Both the position numbers and the translations under genes were made by a program. A stretch of DNA of 48,237 nucleotides from Malassezia furfur (taxonomy: Eukaryota), in the NCBI GenBank assembly GCA_052055015.1, contig JBQJIT010000032.1; one strand, written 5' to 3'. The notes beneath the pieces were generated by a model that saw nothing but the letters and a program-made list of their open reading frames with translations, was not told the DNA's origin and did no database searches. Shown here piece by piece: positions 1-10,135 of the stretch. Within the stretch, counting starts at the first letter, position 1. The number at the start of each line of letters is the position of its first letter.

Positions 1-173
1 TCGGCGGCGCCTCGCGCGACGTGCGTGCTACCGGCAGCGGCTTTGGCGGCGGCAGTGCGTTTGGCCCGCGCTCGAGCGGCTATGGCGGCGGCTATGGCGG
101 TAGCGCGAGCGGCTTCTACAATGGGCCGCCTGCGCCGGAGAATGGCGGAAGCGACGCGTCGTCCTGGTGGTAA
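1..173 (+). CDS. DED1: 3' end of DEAD-box RNA helicase Ded1/DDX3 (partial)
   Basis: The frame from nt 3 reads GGASRDVRATGSGFGGGSAFGPRSSGYGGGYGG...GSDASSWW* (TAA 171-173). A Gly/Ser/Tyr-rich tail ending in SSWW is typical of fungal Ded1. Not in the ORF track because the start lies upstream. Confidence 0.8.
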   Translation, partial: GGASRDVRATGSGFGGGSAFGPRSSGYGGGYGGSASGFYNGPPAPENGGSDASSWW

Positions 174-389
174 ACTCACTGGCGGAACTGGTCTCGAGAG
201 CCTGGTGTGCCTCGAGTTCTTGTACTCTTAGGTCTGGTCCTCATCTTTCCATCCATTCGTTGTCTCGGCATGAGCAGCGTTTTGTGCATATACCTCTTTG
301 ATATCTACATGCTGCACCTGTGCAATGAATAACCCGTAGGATCCAAACCTACTTCTCCTTGTACCTTTCGCGTGTGGAGGCCCTCGATC

Positions 390-1322
390 ATGAAGGTGGC
401 CGTGACCCAGATGACGAGCGGCGGCGCGATCCGCGAGAACCTCGCGACCGCCGTGCAGCTCGTGAAGCGCGCAGCGCTCGCGGGTGTGCAGGCCGTGTTC
501 CTCCCGGAGGCCACCGACTTTATCGCGACGCCTGATCGCGCTGCCGAGCTCACACGCAGCGACGACAACCGCGCGTTTGTGCAGGGCATGCGCGACGCCG
601 CGCGCGAGCACGCCGTATGGATCAGCGTCGGCGTGCATGAGTCCTCCGAGACAGACACAAAGCGCTGCTACAACACCCAGCTCTTGATTGACCAGCACGG
701 CACCATTTGCGCACAGTACCGCAAACTGCACCTCTACGATGTCGACATCCTCAATGGGCCCTCGATCCTCGAGAGCAACACCACAATCCCGGGCGACAAG
801 CTTGTTCCCCCCGTCGATACGCCGCTGGGGCGTATAGGCGTACGTGTAACTGTCGCTAACCCAGCTCCTGACTTGCTACGACATGCGTTTCCCCGAAGTG
901 TCGCTCGCGCTGCGTCGCCAGGGCGCACAGTTGATCACCTACCCGTCGGCGTTTGCTCTTCGCACGGGGGCTGCCCATTGGTCCTTGCTTCTCCAAACGC
1001 GTGCCATCGAGACGCAGTGCTACGTCCTCGCCGCGGCCCAAGTCGGTATGTTTCGTGCACCCATTGACTCAGGCTTGCATCTAGGCACCACACGGTCTTC
1101 GTACGTGTTTTTTCTAACGCAGGTGGGGCCATGCGATGATCGTCGACCCGTGGGGCACCGTGGTCGCGCAGTGCAGGTGCGCCGACGATCTCACGCAGCG
1201 ATATGCCGCCCTTTGCACCGACATTCTGCGTGGCCGACATCGACCTCGAGGGGCTGGAGCGTGTACGCACGGATATGCCGCTCTGGAACCAGCGCCGGAC
1301 CGAGATCTACCCGGAGCTGTGA
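390..1322 (+). CDS. Nitrilase-family carbon-nitrogen hydrolase (Nit1-like deaminated glutathione amidase), 5 exons
   Basis: Catalytic motifs FLPE, YRKLHL and CYDMRFPE, plus RAIETQCYV and [10 protein letters not shown]. Removing introns 840-864, 1046-1072, 1101-1122 and 1177-1198 gives a continuous protein ending in YPEL*. Confidence 0.9.
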
Positions 1323-1394
1323 CACATAGCCGCCCCCGTAGATCCCAAGTGGCCCGAGCATATTTTGGACACAGCGACTCCACTTTAGTCCCCC

Positions 1395-2645
1395 ATGACC
1401 GCTGCCCCCTTGATCATCGAGTAAGCTGCCGCGCATGGGCTGACCCGCAGTACCGACCCCGGCGTCGACGACCTCCTTGCGATTCTCCTCGCGCTTGGAT
1501 CACCCGAGGTCAAGCTCGAGGCCGTCACGCTCACGTTTGGCAATACGACCCTCGACTATGCGTACGACAACATGTTCCGTCTGGCCAATGCACTCCAAGT
1601 CACGGCAGAGAGCAACGCGTTAAACAACGACACACTGCGCGATCGTGTGCTGAATGGCGTTGATGGTCACCCCGTGCCGATCGCCATGGGCGCAACTAAG
1701 CCGTTGGGCGGCCGCCTGTTTACTGCGAGCTACTTCCACGGTCGTGATGGTATGTCGGGCGTCTCCTTCCTCCCTGATGACCCCTTCCCGAAGGCGACGC
1801 ACACAAACCTGTTCGTTTCTTCCCCCACACCTGCCGACGAGCTGATCCTGGAGGTGCTGCGCAAGCATCCGCCCAATACGGTCCGCATCGCAGCGGTCGC
1901 TCCGCTGACCAACCTGGCTTCGGCTTTCCTCAAGGACCCGGACACTTTCCGCCGCGTTGGCTCGATCAGTATCATGGGCGGTGCGCTCGATGTTCCCGGA
2001 AACACGTCACCCACTGCCGAATTCAACTTCTTCGCTGACCCGTGGGCCGCCAAGGTACTGCTCGAGGACGCTGTAGCGAACGGCGACCCACCGCTGCCCG
2101 TCTACCTCTTCCCTCTGGACATTACGTCGGACCACACTGTGCCCTATTCGGAGCTCGTGCGCGATGCGGACGATGAGCAGTATAAGCGCAGCAACCTCTT
2201 CCAGCTGATTTCGCTCTTTTTGCGCAAGCCTCGCGCGGTGACCAACTCGTTTGCGCCGCCCGAGGTGACGTTTGACGCCTCCAAGTACGATCTGTTCCAG
2301 GCGCACGACCCGCTGGCCGTCGCACACGCCATCTGCCCCGACAACCCGGGCTGGAAGTGGGAGGAGCGCCCCTTCCTGGTGGAGACCGAAGGCAAGCTGA
2401 CGCGTGGCTTCTGTGTCGTGGACCGTCGCAACCATGGCGCGGCCGTCAAGGGCCGGAACAAGGCCGAGATCGAAGAGGTGCGTGGGCCGACCAACGAGCA
2501 CGGCCTCGACGGCCAGCCGGAGGCCAAGAAGCAGAAGACAGGCCCGGTGATCCCCGAGGTACCGCTGGTCAAGGTCGTGAACCAGACGCCGGGCATTCCT
2601 TGGTTCGCCAAGACGTTCTTGGAGCGTCTCGGATACCAGTCGTAG
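1395..2645 (+). CDS. Inosine/uridine-preferring nucleoside hydrolase (Urh1-like)
   Basis: ATG 1395 and a 30-nt intron (1421-1450) give IIDTDPGVDD. The protein also has GN, HGRDG, PLTNLA, MGG, GNxxPTAEFNFFADP and HDPLA motifs. Confidence 0.9.
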
Positions 2646-2677
2646 CGTACTATGCATGAAGGACTAGGTGTCTACCA

Positions 2678-3286
2678 TCACACACCAGGCGGACGGAATC
2701 CCGGCGGTGGTGGTGCAAAGCCGGGTGGCGGACCCACGGGCATGCCCGGGGGCGGCGGCATACCCATCGGTGGGCGACCCATCAGCGGCGCCATGCCGAG
2801 GCCAGCGCCGCGGCCCGTCGGCACACCCTGGCCGGGGCCGGGGGCCATGGGGGCCTCCTGCTTCGGCTCCGGCGGCGGCGCCTCGACGCTCAAGCTAATG
2901 ATAGTCTCGCCGCGCAGGATCACGAGTCCTAATGTGCGCTTTTGCTCCTGCGCGGGCGCAGGCACATCGTCCTCCTCGTCGTCATCCTCGACATGGCCCT
3001 CAGCGGTGTCGCCATGCGCGACCTTTTGTTTCTTGTTCGGCTTATTCGCCTGCTTCTTTTTCTTGGGCTTTATCTGACGGAATTCCTCCGCTGCGCGTCA
3101 GCATCTCCCAGTGACGTACTATTCGACAGCACCAGGTTCATAAAAGTATCGAACGCCAGCAGCTGGCCCGTCATCTGCCGACCGTCATTGAGCGTCACGC
3201 GCAGACGGTAGTCAATCAGGGCCATCATACGGCCACCCTTGGCCTTGACTGGCGGCTGCTGGTCAGTAGGCCGCGCGACGTACCAT
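2678..3286 (-). CDS. SMB1: Small nuclear ribonucleoprotein SmB
   Basis: Sm1 motif YRLRVTLNDGRQMTGQLLAFDTFMNLVL, Sm2 motif RTLGLVILRGETIISLSVE and a Pro/Gly-rich tail. The first exon is ATG only. Introns are 3259(or 3256)-3283 and 3091-3119. Confidence 0.92.
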
Positions 3287-3334
3287 GTTCTCTCCACCGT
3301 CGTAGGACGCGACGAGATGCAAACCGGGCAGCGT

Positions 3335-3352
3335 CACGTGGAACTCCACGTG
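3335..3352. promoter_or_regulatory. Tandem CACGTG E-boxes in the SMB1/aminotransferase divergent promoter
   Basis: CACGTG at 3335 and 3347. The same motif recurs in other divergent spacers. Confidence 0.55.
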
Positions 3353-3428
3353 GAGGGAAGGAGTCACGACCACCAAAAAAGTGGTCTGGGCACAGTGGAG
3401 GGTGCATTGTGACTCTTCCTATCTGACC

Positions 3429-4882
3429 ATGCCGCTGGACCTACCCAGTCTCCTGTCGCAGTCCTCGTGTGACCGACCGCTGTCTGCGATCCGTGGACTA
3501 CTTCCGCTTGAGAGTCGTCCTGGTGTGATCTCGCTGCTCGCGGGGAAGCCGAACCCTAGCGGATTCCCGTTTGACTCCATCACGTTGCGGCTCAAGCCCT
3601 CCGTCGAGGGCAGCAAAGATGCCCAGGGCAACCCCGTGGAAATCACCATCGATGGCTCGGAACTTGAGCGTATCCTGCAGTACGGAAGTACGAACGGCGA
3701 TGTGACGCTTGAGAGGGAGCTCACCAAGCTCATTAGCCGCGTCCACCACCGCACGCGCAACAACGGCCAGCCCGATGGCGACTTTGCGCTGGCCATTGGG
3801 TCGGGCAGCCAGGACCTTCTGTACAAGACGATCTCGATCCTGTTCAACCCGCAAGATACGGTGCTTGTTGAGTCGCCCGTGTACCCGTACGTGTAACAAC
3901 TGACGCCAGCGGTTTCCTTCCAGAACTCGAGACGCATCGGGTCAAGGCGGTGGGCATCTCCACCGATGAACAAGGTCTTTCGGCGCAGGCTCTGCGCGAT
4001 ACGCTCAAGAACTGGCACACTTCCGACACTACCAAAGAGCTCCGGTTCCCCAAGGCGCTGTACACGGTGCCTACGGGCGCCAACCCGGCGGGCACCACTG
4101 CTTCCACCGAGCGCAAGCGTGAAATTCTCGCGATCGCGCGCGAGTATGGATTGCTGGTGCTCGAGGATGATCCATACTACTTCCTGACCTTTGAGGACAT
4201 GTCTGAGGATGCTCTGCAGCAGAAGCGCGCGCTTAGCTACTTCGCGCTCGAGCGCGAGGACGCGGATAAGTGGGGGTATGGCTACGTGCTACGCTTCGAG
4301 AGTTTCTCCAAGATTCTCTCGGCAGGCATGCGCGTTGGGTTCATGGTGGGTCCTCCGACGCTAGTCAACGCCGTCGTGGCCCTCACTGCGTCGTCCAACC
4401 TGCACACAAGTGGGCCGGCGCAGGCCATGGCTGGCGAGCTGATGCAGTACTGGGGAACCGACGGTTTCCTGCGACACACACACAACGTCGCCCGGATGTA
4501 CAAGGAGCGTCGCGATATGTTTGGCCGCATAATCGACACCATTCTTGGACGTGGCGAGGACGGAAAACAAACACCGATCGCGACGTACGTGACCCCCGTC
4601 GCCGGCATGTTTTACTGGATCAAGCTGCATCTTCCGCCCACGGACGGCGCGCCTGAGGGCGACTCGTACCGTGTCATCTCGGAGAAGGCGCTTGAGTTTG
4701 GTGTCCTGGCCATGCCAGGAGGTGCCTTCTTTGCCGACAAGCGCAAGACGCCGTATGTGCGCACATCGTTCAGCCTGATCGAGCCGCAAGACGCGCATGA
4801 GGCCATCCTGCGTCTCCGTCGCGCCGTGGAGAGTGCTTGGAAGGATGCTGGATACGATGAGATCCCTGCAATGCAGACATAG
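3429..4882 (+). CDS. PLP-dependent aromatic amino acid/2-aminoadipate aminotransferase (Aro8-like)
   Basis: Motifs ISLLAGKPN, LQYG, NPAG, EDDPYYFL and PLP-lysine motif SFSKILSAGMRVG. A 23-nt intron (3887-3909) joins ESPVYP|GFLP. Confidence 0.9.
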
Positions 4883-4883
4883 T

Positions 4884-5151
4884 CTACTCTTCCTTTTCTT
4901 GTGTTGCCTCATTTTCCCGATCGACCTGGTCGAGTGCGGCCATGAACCTGCGTTAGTAGAGGGACGTACAAGGAGGCTTGGCCGATCCCTAGATCCTTCA
5001 TGTACGCTGCCTGTTCGCTTGCAATGGCCATGTAGTGCTGTGTATGTTCAAGCGTGTTCGACAAAGCGGCGATGCGCGACGCGAGGTAGGCATAGTGCCG
5101 CTCCTTGGCCGACGTCAGCGCCGTGCCTCCACTGCTCGACGCGTGCGCCAT
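4884..5151 (-). CDS. HSK3: DASH/Dam1 complex subunit Hsk3-like
   Basis: KERHYAYLASRIAALSNTL...ASEQ...MKDLGIGQASLFMAA after removing a 22-nt intron (4948-4969). This resembles the Hsk3 LG...SLFMAA pattern. Confidence 0.75.
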
Positions 5152-5246
5152 GGCCGTCTGTTGTCACGGCGCGCCTTGTATTCTGCTGACTCAGCGCGAC
5201 GTGGGTGCCAAAAAGTACAGGGCACGTGCACGGGCGCTCACTCTCT

Positions 5247-6566
5247 ATGCTGCATCATATCGGCCCGGAGCTGCGCAAGGGAATCCATTCCTATAAGTAT
5301 TCGAGTGAGGACCACTCTCTGGTGTCCAAGTATATCTTGGGACCGTACTGGAACTGGCTCATTGGATGGTTCCCGCTATGGATTGCTCCAAATACGATCA
5401 CGCTGAGTGGACTTCTTCTCGTGTTCACCAATGTCGTGTCGCTTCTGTACTTGGACCCCAAAATGGACAATGTGACGGGGCTGCGTCTGCAGACCATGTC
5501 AAGGGGCACCGATGATCTCCCCATCGTGCCGATCTTGCCGCATTATGGTCTGCCTCAGTCGCTCGAGGCAAACGTCCTTCCCGCAAAAGCTTCCGTGATC
5601 CCTGCTTGGCTGCTGGTCGTGTGGGGCCTCTCTTTGTTCATGTACCAGAGTCTCGACAGCATCGATGGGAAGCAGGCGCGGCGGACAGGCATGGCAGGCC
5701 CGCTTGGCGAGCTCTTCGATCATGGCTGCGACGCGCTCAACACCGCGCTTGAGAACATCTTGGCCGCCGAGGCGCTCGGGTTGGGCCGCTCCTACTGGTC
5801 ACTCTTTACCATCATTGCATCCATGGCCAACTTTTACCTGTCGACCTGGGAAGAGGTGCACACGCACTCGCTCTACCTGTCCGCCTTCAGTGGCCCTGTA
5901 GAGGGCATTCTGATGCTGTGCTCGGTATATCTGCTGGCGGGATTCTTTGGAGGCCCTACGCTGTATCTGCAGGGTGTTTTGGATGCTACAGGGCTAGCCA
6001 AGGTACCCTATGTGCGTGAACACTACGCGTGGGCCAACTACCCGGTCACGGACCTGCTTATGGTCTTTGCTGTGGTGGGGATGGTCGCGAATGCGGTCGG
6101 GGGCTACGGAAACGTCTACAAGGCGTGCGTACGCCAGAACCGCTCGGTGTACAAGCCGCTGCTGGGTCTGCTGCCCTTTGTGGTGCTGACCGTGTCCAAC
6201 GTCTTGTGGATGACGGGCAGCGACTCGCGCATCTTTGTGGAGGGCTCCGTGTTCCTGCCGTTCGTTTTCTACTGGGGCCTCAACTTTGCGTACCTTGTGG
6301 GCCTCCTGATCATCGCGCACGTGTGCAGGGGTCCGTTCCCGTACTGGAACTGGATGTACATCCCCAGCGTGCTTGGTGCGATCGACGCCAACCTTGCGCA
6401 GCCGATCCTTCAGACGTCGGTACAGGCGACGCAACGCACGGTGTATGGTGCCCTACTGCTTTCGGTCATCGTATATGGTTACTTTGTGTACGATGTGATC
6501 ACGACTATCACAGAGGAGACCGGCCGTCCGTGCTTCACAGTCGTGCCGAAGGAGCGCAAGGAATAG
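5247..6566 (+). CDS. Choline/ethanolamine phosphotransferase (Cpt1/Ept1)
   Basis: YKYSSEDHS, APNTITLSG and the CDP-alcohol phosphotransferase motif DGKQARRTGMAGPLGELFDHGCD, plus multiple TM segments. Confidence 0.93.
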   Translation: MLHHIGPELRKGIHSYKYSSEDHSLVSKYILGPYWNWLIGWFPLWIAPNTITLSGLLLVFTNVVSLLYLDPKMDNVTGLRLQTMSRGTDDLPIVPILPHYGLPQSLEANVLPAKASVIPAWLLVVWGLSLFMYQSLDSIDGKQARRTGMAGPLGELFDHGCDALNTALENILAAEALGLGRSYWSLFTIIASMANFYLSTWEEVHTHSLYLSAFSGPVEGILMLCSVYLLAGFFGGPTLYLQGVLDATGLAKVPYVREHYAWANYPVTDLLMVFAVVGMVANAVGGYGNVYKACVRQNRSVYKPLLGLLPFVVLTVSNVLWMTGSDSRIFVEGSVFLPFVFYWGLNFAYLVGLLIIAHVCRGPFPYWNWMYIPSVLGAIDANLAQPILQTSVQATQRTVYGALLLSVIVYGYFVYDVITTITEETGRPCFTVVPKERKE

Positions 6567-6571
6567 GGTAT

Positions 6572-9500
6572 CTAGTGAGTTGGGTGCAGTGCGGAAATCT
6601 GTTCCCTTTTCTCGACGATCAGCAGCGTCTTGTCGTGTTCGTAGGCGTCGTCCTGGCGAGACAGCACGCGCAGGCCGTCGCCATGGAGCGTCTGACAAAG
6701 TTTTCCCGTCAGCGGGTCGCGTACTTCGATGAGCGACTCATAAAAGGCCAGTACGTAGTTCGAGACGAAGGCCACGCGCGACGGACGGCCTTCCCAGTGG
6801 AAGACGGCGTTGAGACGGACAAGGCGTCCCATCACGTCGGTGTAGCACGCCAGACGGTCGTAGCAGAGCAGGATCAGCGTGTCTGTCACGTAAAAAGCGC
6901 CCAGCGGCTTGGCGTTTTCGAGCTGCCGAAGCATGGCCCAAGCTTGGGCATCATCGCGCGACTTCACCGACGGCAGTAGTTCGAGCGACTCCGAATCGAG
7001 GCTGTACGTTTGGAACCCGCGGTGCGTGTACACCACGAGTGCATGTCGTAGGAACTGGGCACCGGTCGCCTCGTAGCCCACGTAAAACTTTTTGTACTCG
7101 CGGAAGTGGGAGAGCGTCTCGGATGGACGGCGGCGCCATAGTCCCTTGCCGTCGTCGTGGCGCTTCGTACGCGGGTCAATCGGCTCGAGGATGCGCACCG
7201 ACGTCTCACTCGTACGTTTCTTGCCATACACCAGTAGCTGGCGCCCGTCGATGCGCCCGGTCGCAAAGAAGAGTACCTCGCGATTGCCGCTGATCTTTTG
7301 CGGTGCAAAGCTCGAGGGCGTCGAGCGGCTCGGCACAAGCGCGTCGAGGTCGTAGGCGATGAGCGCACGATCGGCGAGAACGATAAAGTGGCCGAACTGC
7401 TCCATGACGGCACATTGCGTCACGCCACGTAGGTGCAGCACTTTGTTAAACGACTGTGGCTGGCCATAGATGCCGATCCACACGCCCTCGCTCGTGCCGA
7501 CGGCGAGCATCTTGGTCTGGTCCTGGTCCTGCAGGAAGAAGGGCGTCGCATACGTTACCTCCAGCTGAGCACCCGGTTGTGAGTGTACCTGCAACCGGAA
7601 ACACAGTGGCGTACGCTCCAGTAGTGCATGTGCCGCTTCCTGCTCCTGCACCCGCGCGGCGACCGAGAGAAAGTGCTGATGCCACTCGGCGCGCTTCTGT
7701 GCCGTGGGCACATACAGCACGATGGGGTCGCCGGTGGGGAGATGCAATGAGAACGGGAACATGTCCGTCAAATCGCCAGGGAGCAGCCGCCGGTTCAGAT
7801 GACCGCGCGACAGGGGCGGCTCTTCAAAGCCCGACGGGGCGAGGAGCGCAACGGGGATTGGCTGGGTAAGTAAGCAGAGCAACGTACTTTTTTGCTGTAC
7901 ACGAGCCGGACCTGGCGCTCTTCTGTATTCTGGCCACCCTCGGCGTCCGTGGGCGGCTTGCGCTTGGCCAGCACCAAGTAGTTGTCAAAGAGCAGCGCCT
8001 CCATCTCGGTCCACTCGAACTCAAAGCCGTCGGGTCGCCGGAAGACGACGCCGTGGTGCAGCAGCTTACGCTGTGGGTTCTGCAAGTCGAGGTCCGCCTC
8101 GCTCTCGGCGCGCTTTGGCTCTAGACGTGCGGCAAACTCGTCGACCTGCAGGCGCTGCTCGGCTGCTTCGACGCCAGCCTGGGCCACCTTGCACTGCTCG
8201 TCAATGATTTCGGTCGCGAGCGCCAGTTGCTCGCGGTCGCTGCTTTCCGCATCGGAATACTTGGCAATGGACTCGAGGTGCAGGTGGTATCGTTGCAGCC
8301 GTGCGGGCGGACGGAACAAAAAGTTGTCTAGCGGATGGCGGTGCGCCGCTGGGTCGCGACGGCAGTCGTCGGCGAACTTGGCCATGCGCGCGTTGGTCGC
8401 AATTTCGCGCTTGAGCGTGTGCAGCGCAACAGGATAGTGCTGCACGTATGCAGTGTAGGCGGGGCCCCATTCCAGGGCCGCCTCAACGACCAGGTCGCCG
8501 AGCGACTCCACCATGGGGTTCTGCTCCCGCTGGCGCTCCTGCAGCCGGTCACAAAACGTCGCAATGTGAGAGAGGAGCTCGGCATAGTTTCCAAACACAG
8601 TCGTGATGAATGAGTCCAGAGCCGCACCCGAGAGCGGCGCGGTGCGTGCCATCCCCACGCCACTCGACTGGGCCAGCGCACGCAGACGGTGTGCGTACTG
8701 GTCCAGGAGCTGTAAGTCTTTCAGGAAACTCTCTTCCTTTTGGATCATCTCGTGGATCGCGTTCTGGCGCTCAATCTCGCGGCGGGGCAGCGTCGCGACC
8801 AGCTCGGCAGGCACCGTCTCCACCCAGGCCTTGGCGGCGGTGCTGCCCGGGTCGGCGTCGTCGGCCGCATCGGCGACGCGCAATGCGGCTGCATTCCACG
8901 CCCGTCCTACGCGTGGGCAGCTCGGGACGTAGCAGCTGACATGTGGCGGCGTCGACAGCCCACATGTGGGGCTGTAGCAGCGTGTGAGCGGCGCCAAGAC
9001 GCCGCTCGGCAGGTCCTGCACGGATGCGCCGACACATGCGAGTGCGGCCTGCGGTCCGAGGCTGACGACGTTGGGCGACTGCCGCACAAATAGCTCGCCC
9101 TCGACTGGAACACCCTGAATGGCAGGCACGTCCAGTTTATCGCTGTTGGCGCCGTCGGAGAAGAACATGTACACTTCGTCGACGCCCGCGCTCAGAGCAT
9201 GGTCCTCCCAGTCCGCTTCATGAATAAAGAGCTGTGTTTTGAATGAGCGCGCAATGCTCATGGCCATGTAGTGCGCATGTGCCTCGGGGATGTCGAGGCC
9301 AAATTGCGCGCAGGTCCGCACGTACTGTGTGATGATCTCCATAATGGCTTGCACGACCATCCGCCCCGTGAAGCTCAGGGGGTATACGATGCTGCCCTTG
9401 ATGAGTGGCCGGCGCTTCAGCGTGCAGATAAGCAGCTGCGCAATCTGAGACAGGCGCGCCATGTCGACCGATGTGCCTTGCAGCACCGCCGCCGCCGACA

Positions 9501-9981
9501 CGACCTGTGCATCAGACATACGCAGGATCTTGGTGCCGGAGCGCTTGAGGGTGTACCTGGGCGGCACCTCGGTACTCGCAACAGTGCTTGACGAGGGTTC
9601 GGGTACCGCCTCGGGGGTCAGGGGCTGCTTTGGCGTCTCGGAATATCGTCGGCTGCTGAGCGGAGGTCGCTCAAGACGCAGCGACGAGTACGACGGTGGC
9701 GAGCTCAGCGTGGGCGACGCGAGAGAGCGAGACCCGCGAGGTCCACGCGGAGTGGGCGGGATCGGCCGCCGTGGCAGGGTGCTGTTAACCGAAGCCAGCG
9801 AGGCGCTGCTTCGCTGCCGCGCCATGCGTGGCAGCGGTGCGCTGGTCGGCTCCATGGCGCTGGACGTAGACTCCCTGCGTGAGGAGGACTCGGAATAAGA
9901 TTGCATCACGCCGTCGATCTCTGCTACCAGGTCGTTCACGGCCAGGGCAGCATCCTCGCCGATGCCTGGGGGCCGAGCCAT
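6572..9981 (-). CDS. Rom1/Rom2-like Rho guanine nucleotide exchange factor (DEP-DH-PH-CNH)
   Basis: DH motifs EIERQNAIHEMIQKEESF and FLFRPPARLQRYHL, a PH region (LFDNYLVLAK) and a C-terminal CNH domain. A 26-nt intron (7862-7887) joins SKK|PIP. Confidence 0.88.
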
Positions 9982-10135
9982 CGCCGAGGATCACGTTGCT
10001 TAGTCAGGTGTGTGGGGAACGGAGCGAGTTCCATAAAAATTTCGTTGTCGTTAAATTACCCAGAGGAAGCTATGATACGAGCGTGGACCCATGCAGGATC
10101 CTTTGGAGAAATATAGAGAACAGACGCCTGCCCGT

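Noticed and set aside
2664..2685. Possible terminal 22-nt intron in SMB1 (GTGTGT...CCTAG)
   Set aside because: Poor branch site, and the unspliced form already terminates normally.
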